64,000 bases of DNA from Klebsormidium nitens. Lineage: Eukaryota; Plantae; Klebsormidiophyceae. Below, one piece after another: positions 1 through 11,320 of this stretch. The notes beneath the pieces were generated by a model that had not been told where the DNA came from, did no database searches, and saw only the letters and a list, made by a program, of their open reading frames with translations. The stretch's first letter is position 1, and each line of letters begins with the position of its first letter. Position numbers and translations under genes: made by a program. The stretch is from the NCBI GenBank assembly GCA_000708835.1, contig DF237404.1, forward strand, positions 11,759 through 75,758, read 5' to 3'.

Positions 1-900
1 AATATCTTACAATTTGCTCTCGATGCGGTGTCGAACGATTGAAGTCTTCAATCTTGCAACAAGCAATTGAGAGCGTATAGCTGTGCCGAGTCCTCTTCAG
101 AAGCATCTCTGTTTGGGTTCGTTCTTTTTCGCACCCCCTCTCCAGTAACGTTACATGGCTGTGCTCTTCTCCAGGGGATGTCTTGCTCACAGATGCTAAC
201 AGCGTTCCGATTTCAGTATCTGGATCGATGGTGCATGTGCCCAGGCGGGGCTTTATCTTTCATCGCCTATGTCAAGGAGGCTTGTTGATAGGACTCTTCA
301 CTTGAGGCGATGGTATCATTGCTTCTACGTTGGTCTGATTACTTGTACCTTATCCTGCTATGGTGAACTTTCAACGGAGTCTGGTCCTATTGCCGCAATT
401 TGCTCCTGGCCTTGATGCAATCGTCCTTTCCATAGCTTGTCTTGCGAGAGACCTACGACTTCAGTTGTCAGCCGATGCCTATCGCCTATGTTGACTGACA
501 TTTCATTGTTCAAAGGCTCTCAACACCAAGCTTGCTTGCAGACATCTCGGATGGTCGAGATCTTGCTGCAGAATTGAGGTCATGACAATTCAATAGCTTT
601 CTGTTCGCATTGATGATACCTGCTAATAAGGCTGCTTGGAGGAACGTTAACAGAAATTCGCATCGGGCTTGTTGCTGGGCTTTGTCTCTTCGAAGAGAAC
701 GGAGAGTATCAAGCTCCCCGGGTCAAGATTGGGGGCCTCAGCTCTTAGACTCGGAGTCAATAAAGCTCGACTCCCCCCTCCTTTATTTGAAGATCTGTAC
801 AACGAAACTGGTTTGCGGGACAATAGTTGTAGACTACAGTGTCCTGATTGGTCGTATGATTGTATGCAACCTCACGCAAGGCAGTCTTGTGCTTTTCCAG

Positions 901-1341
901 ATCATCGTCGATCTGACGGCCCACAACAAGCGGCTCGAATCCGCGAATCTGAAGCTTCGCACCATGGTGTCAAACGTCCAGGACTCCCTCAAAGATTGCG
1001 GGTGTGTCTCGCCGTATAACACCACCGCTTCGTTCCTCGAGCTTGAAGTTGGGTCCCAACAAGAGCCGAAGGCTGCTGACGTTTTAGAGAAGGAAGAAGT
1101 AGAGCTGCTCGGGGGGAGCGCGAGCTCGGGGAACGAGCAGTTGGGACAGAGCCGGTTAGAGAAAGTTAGGATGGGGCATGCTCTGGCAGGGGGGGTGCAT
1201 CAGGGAGCCGAAGGTGAAGCGGATGCCCTGACGGTCTCCAAAAGAGAGCTAGGTATGGGTGGAGGGGAGCCATGGCGGCAGCTAGGGGCAGGGAGGGGGT
1301 ATGACGAGGAGCAGACTCTGTTGGGAGAGGCTGGCTCATGA
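901..1341 (+). CDS. Probable terminal exon of an unknown gene (coiled-coil followed by acidic/Gly-rich tail); gene starts left of the window
   Basis: Polypyrimidine acceptor ttttccag at 893-900, then open frame IIVDLTAHNKRLESANLKLRTMVSNVQ...GS* to 1341. A phase-compatible candidate upstream exon lies at 175-230. No family recognised. Confidence 0.45.
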   Translation: MIVDLTAHNKRLESANLKLRTMVSNVQDSLKDCGCVSPYNTTASFLELEVGSQQEPKAADVLEKEEVELLGGSASSGNEQLGQSRLEKVRMGHALAGGVHQGAEGEADALTVSKRELGMGGGEPWRQLGAGRGYDEEQTLLGEAGS

Positions 1342-2298
1342 GAGGCAACTATGATCATTTGGAATGCTTGACGGATTTCGTAGGGGCAGCTTAGTATACC
1401 GGCTGAAGTCTTGCACTTTCGTGCGACGGTGTTCAAAATGTACCATATTGTGAGTTGACAGATCAATAGTTGTGCATAAACCCGACCCTAGTAGATATTT
1501 CACACGGTGTGGCAGATTCTTGCACAGCTTGCATGCATTGTCAATTCCTGCCATACGTGACATGTACCAACGTGTGACTGCGCAGCGTGAAACCATCCAT
1601 GTGTCATCGCTCTACATCCAAGGATCTACGTCATGCATATATAGTGATCGGATTATGCGATGAGCATGCTAGTTTGGTACTAAGTCATGCATTGGTGCAT
1701 CGTGTGATGCATTATACAATCACATATGTACTCGCAGAACGCCAGATCTCAAAATGGCATGCAACGCGCGTTTGATCCTAAGAGCTGTATCCCGCGCGGC
1801 ATGTGTGGCTGAAGTTGACAGAGTGCTTCTAGTTGGCCCCAATTATTATGTACATGCTCAACAACTATTGATCCGTACCGACTACTGTAATTCCCGGGGA
1901 CTTTTGGCCATACCGCAACGGTTCTAAACATAGGGTGCTAATATGATCCGGTGGATCATGGATGGCAGAGGGGTACAGATCGATGTTTTTGCCATCGGGC
2001 GATTTGCGGTCAACTTAGGATCAATTTTGCTGCACCGACCAGTAAGGCAGCCTGCAGACGTCTATCATAGTATTATCGCGTTATTGCTGCAGAATATGAA
2101 CTTCGAGAAGAGATTAACACCAGAAAAAACCTTCTGCTCCTCAGGAATTGACATAGATGGACTTGATCACTGTCAACTTGACGGCTGAGTCAGACCGACC
2201 GACTAGAGACAGACCACTTGGGATCTAAATGACCACCTGCGAGATCGCTATTGGAATGAGGCGACTCTGTGGCAACAGGACGGAGGGACACATCACAA

Positions 2299-5200
2299 TC
2301 ACTGCTGCGAATGCTGAAGGAAGCTCCCTACCAACTGTTGCGTCAACGAAGGTGAGAGCTGCCCGCTAGGCCCGTTGTCCACTCTCTGCGTTGTGTCTGC
2401 TGCCTGCAACGATTGCGCCTGCACCGCTTTTGCGACCGCGTCCCTCATCAGGGCCATGAACGGGTTCGATTGCAGTTCCGAGGGTGTCACGGCCGTCGGA
2501 AGCTCGTCCCCGTCCCCAGCTCCGGTCGCTTGCAGCATCGGTCGCATCGCTTGCGCGACCGCCGTGCTGATCACGGAACTAAAGACGGCACTAGGGTCCC
2601 CCACTACATCACTGCCGGAAAGGGGCGCACCAGTTAAGGGTCCAGTCGCACTGCCGATTGGCAAGCCCGGAAGCTTCGGATCGTCTCCCTCCCCTTCTTC
2701 AAACATCTCCTGCGAGAGGAGAGGTCCTCGCACCCCCCGGCCCGGGTCGTCCACGCCGGATCGGCAACATCCCCGGCCGCAGTGGTTGGGGACGACTGAA
2801 ACTGGTCGTGAGTGAGGGGACCGGCTGGTGGAGCTCGAAGGGTGGCTCAGCGACTGGGGGGGAAGGGTTAAGGACAGGAACGTCGCCTCGGAGGTCTCTG
2901 GTCGGCTGGAGGGGGGCTGGTGCAGGGAGGGGTGGTAGAACGGAGTGCTGGCCGAGGGCAAGGGTTGCTGGGCGGTGGTGTAGTGCCCCAGGTCTAGTCT
3001 GCGCAGTGAAAAAGGGATGTCCAAGCGTCAACAGGGTAAACCTTTTCGTCTTCACAATGCGTGAGGGGGAGACATCAATCGTTCTTGCCTTTCATCTATT
3101 ATTCTGTCACGCCTCGCGACTTAAAGAAGTAGCGCCCTGCCTTTGACTATTCGCGTAACTCGTAAGTGGTCCGAAGGACCAGAAAGCCACCCACTTCAGG
3201 CTCCAGCTACCACCTTCTACCAATCAAAGCGACGCTAATTATCATGGCAGCTCTCCAGACACAACAGTAGAGCTGGCCGGGAGCACGAGCAAGTTCGGTA
3301 AACCAACCACAACTTGACCCACACTCTAACCCTACTGGTCTCACAGTCCTGCAGGACAAGTGTAAGCGCCGGTTACTCTACAAGACCCCAATTTCGTAGG
3401 CCTCACCTTGCCCGCTTCGCACTCTCCGCCAACAGCTCCTGTGCACTCGACTGGCTATGCTCGCTATCCCCAGCTTGCCCGTCCAGGTCCCCATCAACGC
3501 TGTACGACCGCTTGCGTCCGAAGATGTCCACAATCTGTCCGTCAATGTCCAGGAAGCGCCGGGACAGCGTGCTGTTCCAGTGGTTCTTGATGGCGTTGTC
3601 AGTCCTGCGCGTGGAGCAGTGAAAAGATAATGAATAGCAGACTTTGTGGGCGGATCTGAGGGACCTCCGTACGGAGTGCTAGGCCAACTAGTCCCTTAAA
3701 TATCGTCCTTGCTCGACAGAACCAGCATCCCAGTGACTTACGAGTAAAGGAAGTTTTGATGCTGGTCCTCTCTCCTAAAAAGTTCCGCACCTTCCCAAGT
3801 AGCTTCAATTGAAAGCGTGCCAGCGCAACCAAACGGACCGGTAACTAGAGTAAGGTCATCTGGATTAAATGCGGATGTTGCAACTGTTGAAGCTGCCTAG
3901 CCCTCAGCCAAGTGACAAGCTGTGCCCCCTTTGTCTGGAAGCAGGTCACTAACACCAATCGAGGCAACAGCATCAACCGTGTCGTCTGCAGCACTTGATC
4001 AAAACACGGTTCGTCGGCAGCCTGGTGACCCTCAAAGTAACAAGGGCGTCTCAACGTGAACCGAACGGACACCGATTGAGGAGGTCACTCACCGGCCCGG
4101 AAGCAGACGTGCGATGGTCGCCCACTTGTTGCCGTGCTCCGCATGCGCTGCGATGATCTTGGCGTCCTCCTCATCCGTGAACGGTTTGCGCTTAACCTGC
4201 GGGTTCAGTTGGTTGCACCACCGCAGCCGACAGCTCTTGCCACTGCGGCCCTGGATCCCCCGTGCTGCAGCAGACAAGAAGGGTTACTTAAACCCAATAG
4301 TGACCATGTAGTAACCAAGTGTTAGTGAGAGTGAAAGTAACCGTGTTGTAAACAAGTAATCTGGAAGCAACTAATCAGAAAGCAACTGATCATCCAAGTC
4401 TAACTACAATTACCAAGCAAGTCTGCATTGCCCATGGGCAGATAAGATGATGTATGAACGTTATTAACCCCTTAAGAGCTCCCTCAGGTCTGTAGCAAAA
4501 GATTGAGGCAAATCCATATTCTAGCTGTGCGCTTGACGATCCAGTTTCCAAGAATTCCCCCCATTCAGGTTGGAACAGAATCGAACGTACGTAAGTGCAA
4601 ATATGTGCACCTAATATCTTGAAGTCAGTCATGCAGTCAGGGCCACCTGCTCTGGATCGTACCAGCCACGCAAGTAAGGGGCCCCTTTTCAAAGTTGCAG
4701 CATTGCTTGCTTTTGCAACGCGTCGGAGCGTTCAGAATTTTCGAGGCAAGGTGGGCTATGAGAGCAAGGTCTTAGAGAGGACAACCAGATTGGTAAACAC
4801 CTGAAACGCCAGAAGAGCCAGGACAGAGACTAACGTGAAGTAGGCAATGCAGGAAGGAGAATGACAGATGTGCAGAGATTCTGTTGACAAAAGCTACCTG
4901 TGGCCATGCCTGAAACCCTAGTTGCGCCAAGTCAATGAAGCTCGACCAGTCTGTAAGTACATCTACATATTTATACCACCATCATCCGGTGCAAAGGAGC
5001 AGGAAAACGAGCTATTTGGTAAACCACGGCACGCAGAATGCAAACAAAAGCATGGTGCATCATTGATGGCACACACAGATGCAGCCATGCTGTTGGTGTT
5101 TGACGAAAAACAGACTGCATTTTACGACGAGGCCATTTCGCAAGACAAACCTGCTTCACCTGATCCTTTGTCGGACAAGAGGGATTTATAGTTGCATTGC

Positions 5201-5906
5201 TCATCAAGACCAAACGAGGACCAAAGACGAAGCACAGCCAAAGAAGCAGCATTTCCAAAGCGAGCAAGCCGACTTTATTCCAGCCTCCTTGGAAACAAAA
5301 AGCTGGCTTAGATCTTTATCAAGGGAGTGATGACAAGCAGTGCAGAATAAGGTGCCAAATATGTCACCATCAGCTACTTGTCGCAGTAAATATCCAATTG
5401 CGCAGCAATGTAATTGGCCCGCATACTTGCAAGCAAGCAGCTAATGAAGGGTGGCAACAAGAAGAGCTAGACCAGGTACATCGTTTGAACAAGACTTGAC
5501 AGCACACATTGTTTCCACATGGCAAAAATCAGGACAACGCATTTTTTTTTTGCTAGCTCGGACACTGGATAAGCACTCGCAAAACGATATTCAAAAAGAG
5601 AGGCAACATCAAAGCTCAGAGTGATGCGGACATAGAGACGCTTCAAACCTGCCAGAAGCATCCGTCCTCACCTATCAGCGTCCAGTTTCTTGGTCCAAAA
5701 TGCTCGACGAGTCGATGCAAGAGATCGTCTTCGGCTGCACTCCAGGGGCCTTTGATTGTTTCTTCCCTGCTGACGTTGTTTGGCGCAGGTCCCTGCCCTT
5801 CCCCTCCGCTCAAATGGCTCCCGGCGCCGCCGTCCCCTTCTCCTCTGCTTTGGAAACTTTCATGTCCTGTCTGGAGCTGTTGCTCCTGACCAATTTCAGA
5901 GCTCAT
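2299..5906 (-). CDS. MYB: R2R3-MYB transcription factor (MYB44/73/77-like), 4 exons
   Basis: Exons 5906-5672 ([27 protein letters not shown]), 4264-4093 ([34 protein letters not shown]...[14 protein letters not shown]), 3604-3407 ([13 protein letters not shown]) and 2998-2299 (P/S-rich tail). All junctions are GT-AG and phase-compatible. Confidence 0.93.
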
Positions 5907-6816
5907 GCAGGCAATATAGTAGAGCCAGCAGATAAGGACTAATTTCAAGCCTTGCAGAAAGCTGCTTCTTGAGATTTGCCCAGAAGGGCCAACGACCAGA
6001 CTGAAACAACCATTGAAGCTACTGCATAATGCTGCAAAACAATCCTGCAGGAAACCCCCAAGCTGTTGGACGTTAATATTCGAGAGGATTTTCCTGATAA
6101 GGTAGATCCACCTCCGTTTGCTGAAAGACAACTATAGCGAAAGACTACCAAAAGGGTTTTGTACGGCAGCATGCCTCCTTCTTAAACTGGCAGCAGACTC
6201 CTAACATGTCATCGGAAACGAAGGCGAAAGACTCAAGAGGGATCTGGCCCCCGTCCTTTTGCCGTCTGCTATCTCTCTTGAATTTGAAAGAGGGGAAGGC
6301 TGGAGGAAGGCTGAGATTCACGAAGGGCATATCAACCTTTTGCATAGACTCAAAACTGACTCCTCAAACGCCACATGAAGCTTCAAGCAACCCGCTTCAT
6401 AACCGAAATCTTCACAGAGGGAGCTATCCTGACCATCCATTCAAAGGCGGCAGCCCTTTGCATCCGTTCGATGATGGCTGCACTGATCTTGACCGTAAGA
6501 TTTCCAACCGCCATGCAGTGACGTATTACCGTGTCGGACCGCAGATTGTCCGTTTCGCGGCCGCCCTCCGCGTTTTTTGTCGAACCCAACCCCTCGTAAA
6601 CCCCTGATTCATGGTGGCGCGACTGGATGAAGGGGCGCGGCGGCCTCCTGTACGTCGCATAACAGGCGCTGAGGTTTCCCGCCAACTTGTCTGGCTCTGG
6701 GCTGAAGATTGAAACAGTGAAAGCATGCAACTACCTGGTCTCCGCACTGCAAATCAACGTTGCCCTTTGATTCTTGCGCCAATATATATCAGGTCCGTCA
6801 GGAGAACTTGCTGACT

Positions 6817-9800
6817 ATGGCTGCTCTAGCAGCCAGCAGGGTAATCCAGCAGACCTGCACGCCGTTTCTCACATCTCGAAGCAGAAATCCACGGAAGCAA
6901 TGGGTGCATGCTTCGCCGGCGTGCGGCACATGCTCTTGGCAATCACCAAAGCTTTTGACTCTCCAAAGCTCGAACATATTTCAGACTAACGATCTCCCTG
7001 TTGCATCCAGTCATCGTAAACTGTCTTCAAAGAGCAGGGATAAGCAGAGGTTGAGTGCCCTCGCTACAGAAACTGAGTTCGGAGGCAACGACGGTGGTGG
7101 AAAAAAGGGTACTGGGGTCGGCGATGGGGGGGGTGGCGGTGGGGGAGGGTCTGGAGGAGACCAAGGCGGGGGGCCAGGTGATTTTGGACCAGGATTTGGG
7201 GGAACAGGTGATGGCGGGAAAGGCCCGGAGCCACCATTGAGCCTCTGGCAACAGTAAGTGGGCATTGGGCTTGTGACGCGCCGCCGTACTTGCATTTGAA
7301 AGTTAGGGTTTCCATCGCTTGATGTTTCGTAGCCAAATGCCATGAGCTTGATCTCCTTCTTACGCGCATGCAAGTTGTTGCAACAGCGGCAGCATTCGCG
7401 AGTGGTTTTCATCTTTGGTAGCGGAATTGGACTGTGTTCATTGAATTGCATCGGAACGGCAAATGCACGAAGGATTCTAGGTTCTCCAGCAATTGCTCAA
7501 ACGCGATGCAAAGGTGCTATCTCAAGTTCTTCTTGATTCAGCCAAAATCTTTTGAGTCCTGCAGCCTGGGAGTTTTCTGCCCCTTTCTGATGCCATTGAT
7601 TTTACATCCAGAGATCTTGAGAAGCATTGAGCTGGATTGTGACAACCGCTCGAAGGGGCACTTGCTTTATAACGTGGATCGTAGAAGCAATCAGCAACTC
7701 TAGTAGCAACTCCTTCCATTCTGGGCTTCCTGTGGCAGGTCTTATTTGTGTGACTCTCGTTGTCTCTCTTTTAGGTACCTCGCTCTCTTAGAAAGCCACC
7801 CGGTGCTCACCAAGGCAATCACTTCTTCTTTTCTCAACTTTGCCGGAGACTTGCTGTGCCAGGTAAGATACTCCGAAGCACTCTCTGGAGATGAAGGAAC
7901 GCTTTTCACAAAATCGTCAGCAGCTTTGCTTGCTCTATAGTAGAAGCCATATCGCTTTAGGTTGGTAAAGGACACCTGTCCACGAACACAGCTTTCCTAT
8001 CTTGATTGCCACATCATACTCAGTTCTTAAGTGTTGCCAAGATCCGCTGAATGATCGATCAAATGTGTATACGAGCTGAACTCAACTTCCTGCACTTCAA
8101 AGTCGTCTCAATCTGAAGCTGAGCTGGTTGGCAGGTCCGCTTAGAACTTACAAGGTATTCATTTTTCGCTCTCGTCCAGACTGTGATTGAGAAGAAGAAG
8201 GAACTGGACTTCAGACGAATGGGCGTCATCTCTCTCATTGGCCTCGTTTTGGTGGGGCCTACCCTGCATTTCTGGTGAGCAAGCTGAGCGCTTTTCCAGA
8301 AGCTGTTGCTCCCCAAAGCTACGAGCAGTGGAATCATAAAGGCTTTATTGAACATTGCAGCTTCAGCGCTTCCAAACAAGCCACTGGGTGTTGATCCGGT
8401 TATGAGATTGGAGATGGCATCAACGATCAGTGTGCTGGCCGGTCGCTTCTGGCCACTTGGCAGAAGTAAACCGGCTACTGAGTGTTCAAGATCCGTCCAG
8501 CCGACCTGGCTTCAACCTATCGAACTCGGTCAGGACAAACGGTCAGGTTCAAAGCAAGCCTCAAGTACTACAAAGCGTTCGCATTTCCAGCGTGCACCCT
8601 TTCTGATTTGCCTTGTAAATTGGGCGTCGGGGACTGGTTCCCCCCAGGGGACCACGTAGTGCCCCATGGTGCTGACTTGGTCGCCAAGCCAATTTTCAAG
8701 ACAGGGAGTGTGTGGGCCTTCGGATGAGTTTCTCCCCTCATGACTTGGATGCTCTGTTCCTTGGAATCTGGCACCCTTTTTAAGGGCCAAGTATGCACCA
8801 TGAAAACCAAATCTGGGGAGAGGGAGTGCGAAGCGTTGCGGAAGGAAGACAAGATGGACCTTGAGTTGTTTTCCAGGTACGGCCTCCTCAATCGGACGGT
8901 GAAAATTCCTGGGGGAGCAGGCATCGTTTCTCGGCTGGTCCTTGATCAAGTGAGTACTGGCAGGCAAGGCCAACTGAAAACTGCTGCAGCCGAGTTTGAC
9001 CGTGAGGAGAAGCGGCTGATCTGTCGACTCTGCTTGGGTCGGGCGTCAGTCAACCTCCTCCTGCTCAAGCAGAGGAGGTCGGGCGGAAGACTCTGCTTGA
9101 GCTTCCCTTACTTTGTTCAGTATATCGTTTGGCAATTGTCTGCCGACGCTTTGATGGTCCATTTCACCTCACCTGTTCGATAGTAACGTCGGGCGCCTTT
9201 TCTCCATGATATGTCGCTCTCGAATCTGATGCGTTCCTACCATCGGTCTTCACCGTCCAGGCAGGTATATTAGACGCTGGCGACCGAATTCATCGTGGTC
9301 ACAGCGAACTCTTCGAGACATTCACATTTCGCTTTCTTCGTCCGACTCTGCTGTGAAGAATTGAAGAAAGACCGTTGCTTCGCGTTCTGGTCACCAAAAC
9401 AAATCTTGGAATCAATACAACCCCGCCTTCGTTCATAGTCGGGGGGCGTCGTCCACTTTTTGCCACTGCAGCGTCCACGCTAACCAATCAAGCACCTCAG
9501 AAAGTAAACCTTCCAAGAGCGTCAACTGACGGCTTATTCATCTCGTTCCCAGTTCCTCTTCTCGCCCGCCTTCATCGCCGCTTTCTTCAGCACGCTGCTC
9601 ACCCTCGAAGGGCGGCCGAGCCTCATCCAAGCTACGTTGCAAAAGGAGTGGGTATCCACGTGCATAGCCAACTGGAAGATCTGGATCCCCTTCCAGTTCC
9701 TCAACTTCTGGCTCGTGCCTCCGCAATTGCAGGTATGTGCTCCCTGATCCGTGCAGTCTTTGGCTGTCCAGATCGAATCTCTCAATATCCGTATGCTGTT

Positions 9801-10198
9801 CTGGCTTCTGAGCAATACGCTGCGGTTCGCTTTCCCGGTCTCGAACGCTTCTGGTCTTTCTGCGCTTGTACTTTCTTGATCCCTGCACAAAATGGCTCGA
9901 CCTCTGAGCAGACCATGTGCCTGCTTCCCACGTTTTGAAGGGCTGTTGAAGCTCCGACTTTGCCGCCTGAGCGTTTCCGATGCTTGCGGCTCCTAATGCC
10001 CATTGCAGTGCGTTTAGAACAATCTGTTCCGAACCGTCATTGTCAAGGTCGTCGAGTGCAGTGCTTGATTGAAAGGTCCTCGCAATACCAACAAGTGTTG
10101 GGCTTCCTCAAGTGCTGTCTGTTTGCCTATAGGTCGGCGCGGCAAACGTGATTGCTCTGCTATGGACAGTTTACCTATCCTTTGTCACTCACAAGTGA
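6817..10198 (+). CDS. Mpv17/PMP22 family membrane protein with plastid-like transit peptide and Gly-rich linker, 6 exons
   Basis: Exons 6817-7253, 7775-7862 (YLALLESHPVLTKAITSSFLNFAGDLLCQ), 8180-8274 (GPTLHFW), 8877-8949 (RLVLDQ), 9553-9732 (ANWKIWIPFQFLNFWLVPPQLQ) and 10133-10198 (NVIALLWTVYLSFVTHK*). Motifs are typical of Mpv17/PMP22. Confidence 0.92.
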
Positions 10199-11320
10199 GA
10201 GAGACTCCATCAGGAGAGGGATGTCAATAATACGGACAGCTTCGCGTTAGCAGTCAAGTAAAGCTTAGGAAACGTGCTTCTGGATACATTGTACAGAGAC
10301 ATGCTGCCCAGTCCTCAGGCCGTTTGCGGCGTTCGAGTAGTGAGTTTGCAAGGTAGACTGCTTGACGGGGTCGTGCATTAGGGCCACCGGTTCAGCTGCA
10401 GAGTGCGCCGCACCATACAACTGTGCGGTCACAATGCCAAGTTTGTCACAAGAGATGTTTCTGTGTCTACGCGAATGCATGTGTGGCCTTCGAGGTTTGA
10501 CCTCGGGGGCTTAATAGACCGTCCCGTGCCAGTTGGTACGTCGGGTTGTATGCAGCCTCATATGCATAGCAAGGACTTGCGAGGTGAAAGTGCCCCCATA
10601 TGATTTTCGTTGTGGACTCAACTTCCATATGTGTGGATGTACTTCTCGGCGGTTGACGTATATTCGTGGCTTCCCCGCAACTCTACTCGCTTCTAGACGT
10701 CCCCCCCGGGGACGCGTTGCAAGCTTGCAATCCGGGGCCCCGGAATTGGATCTTAGCGACTCATTGTCATATGCCATGATGGCCGCCTAGAGCTATACAC
10801 TACTTACCGTGAGGCCATAGCAAGCGCGGCGCACTGTCGATGGATCGCGGTCCGCGGGCCATATATGCAACTGCGAGTTATTCTGCCCATAGGCATGAGC
10901 TCACCCGCGCGCATGCATGCGATTTAAGAGCTCATGTGATACCCGAATCGGTTGGGCACAATCGGCCGGGATACAACGTACGAGGGCGGCTTGGCGATGA
11001 CGGTTTCTAAAGAAGCAGCATGATACGTGGGGCTTACTATTTCGACCAAGACGATTGAGGAACTCTTGATGATCATTCATCACATGCCACTGGATAAAAG
11101 CACCCCGGGCAGGCTCCTTCCGAATCCAAGACCGAAACACAGAAGCCTCGCTGTGAAACGGACCAGCTGCTCTCGAATCCAGCGTATTGGTCAACGTTCT
11201 TTACTGTGGAGCTTGGCGAAGTGCCTGAGTGGTTTAGCCTCAAGCTCACAAACTTTTTTCCTTTTTTAGCTGCCAGCAAATGTGGGCCAATGAATTTGCG
11301 TTTATATAAGCAACGACAAT

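Noticed and set aside
2375-3146. Overlapping plus-strand ORFs (146 and 162 aa)
   Set aside because: Antisense to the GC-rich MYB terminal exon.
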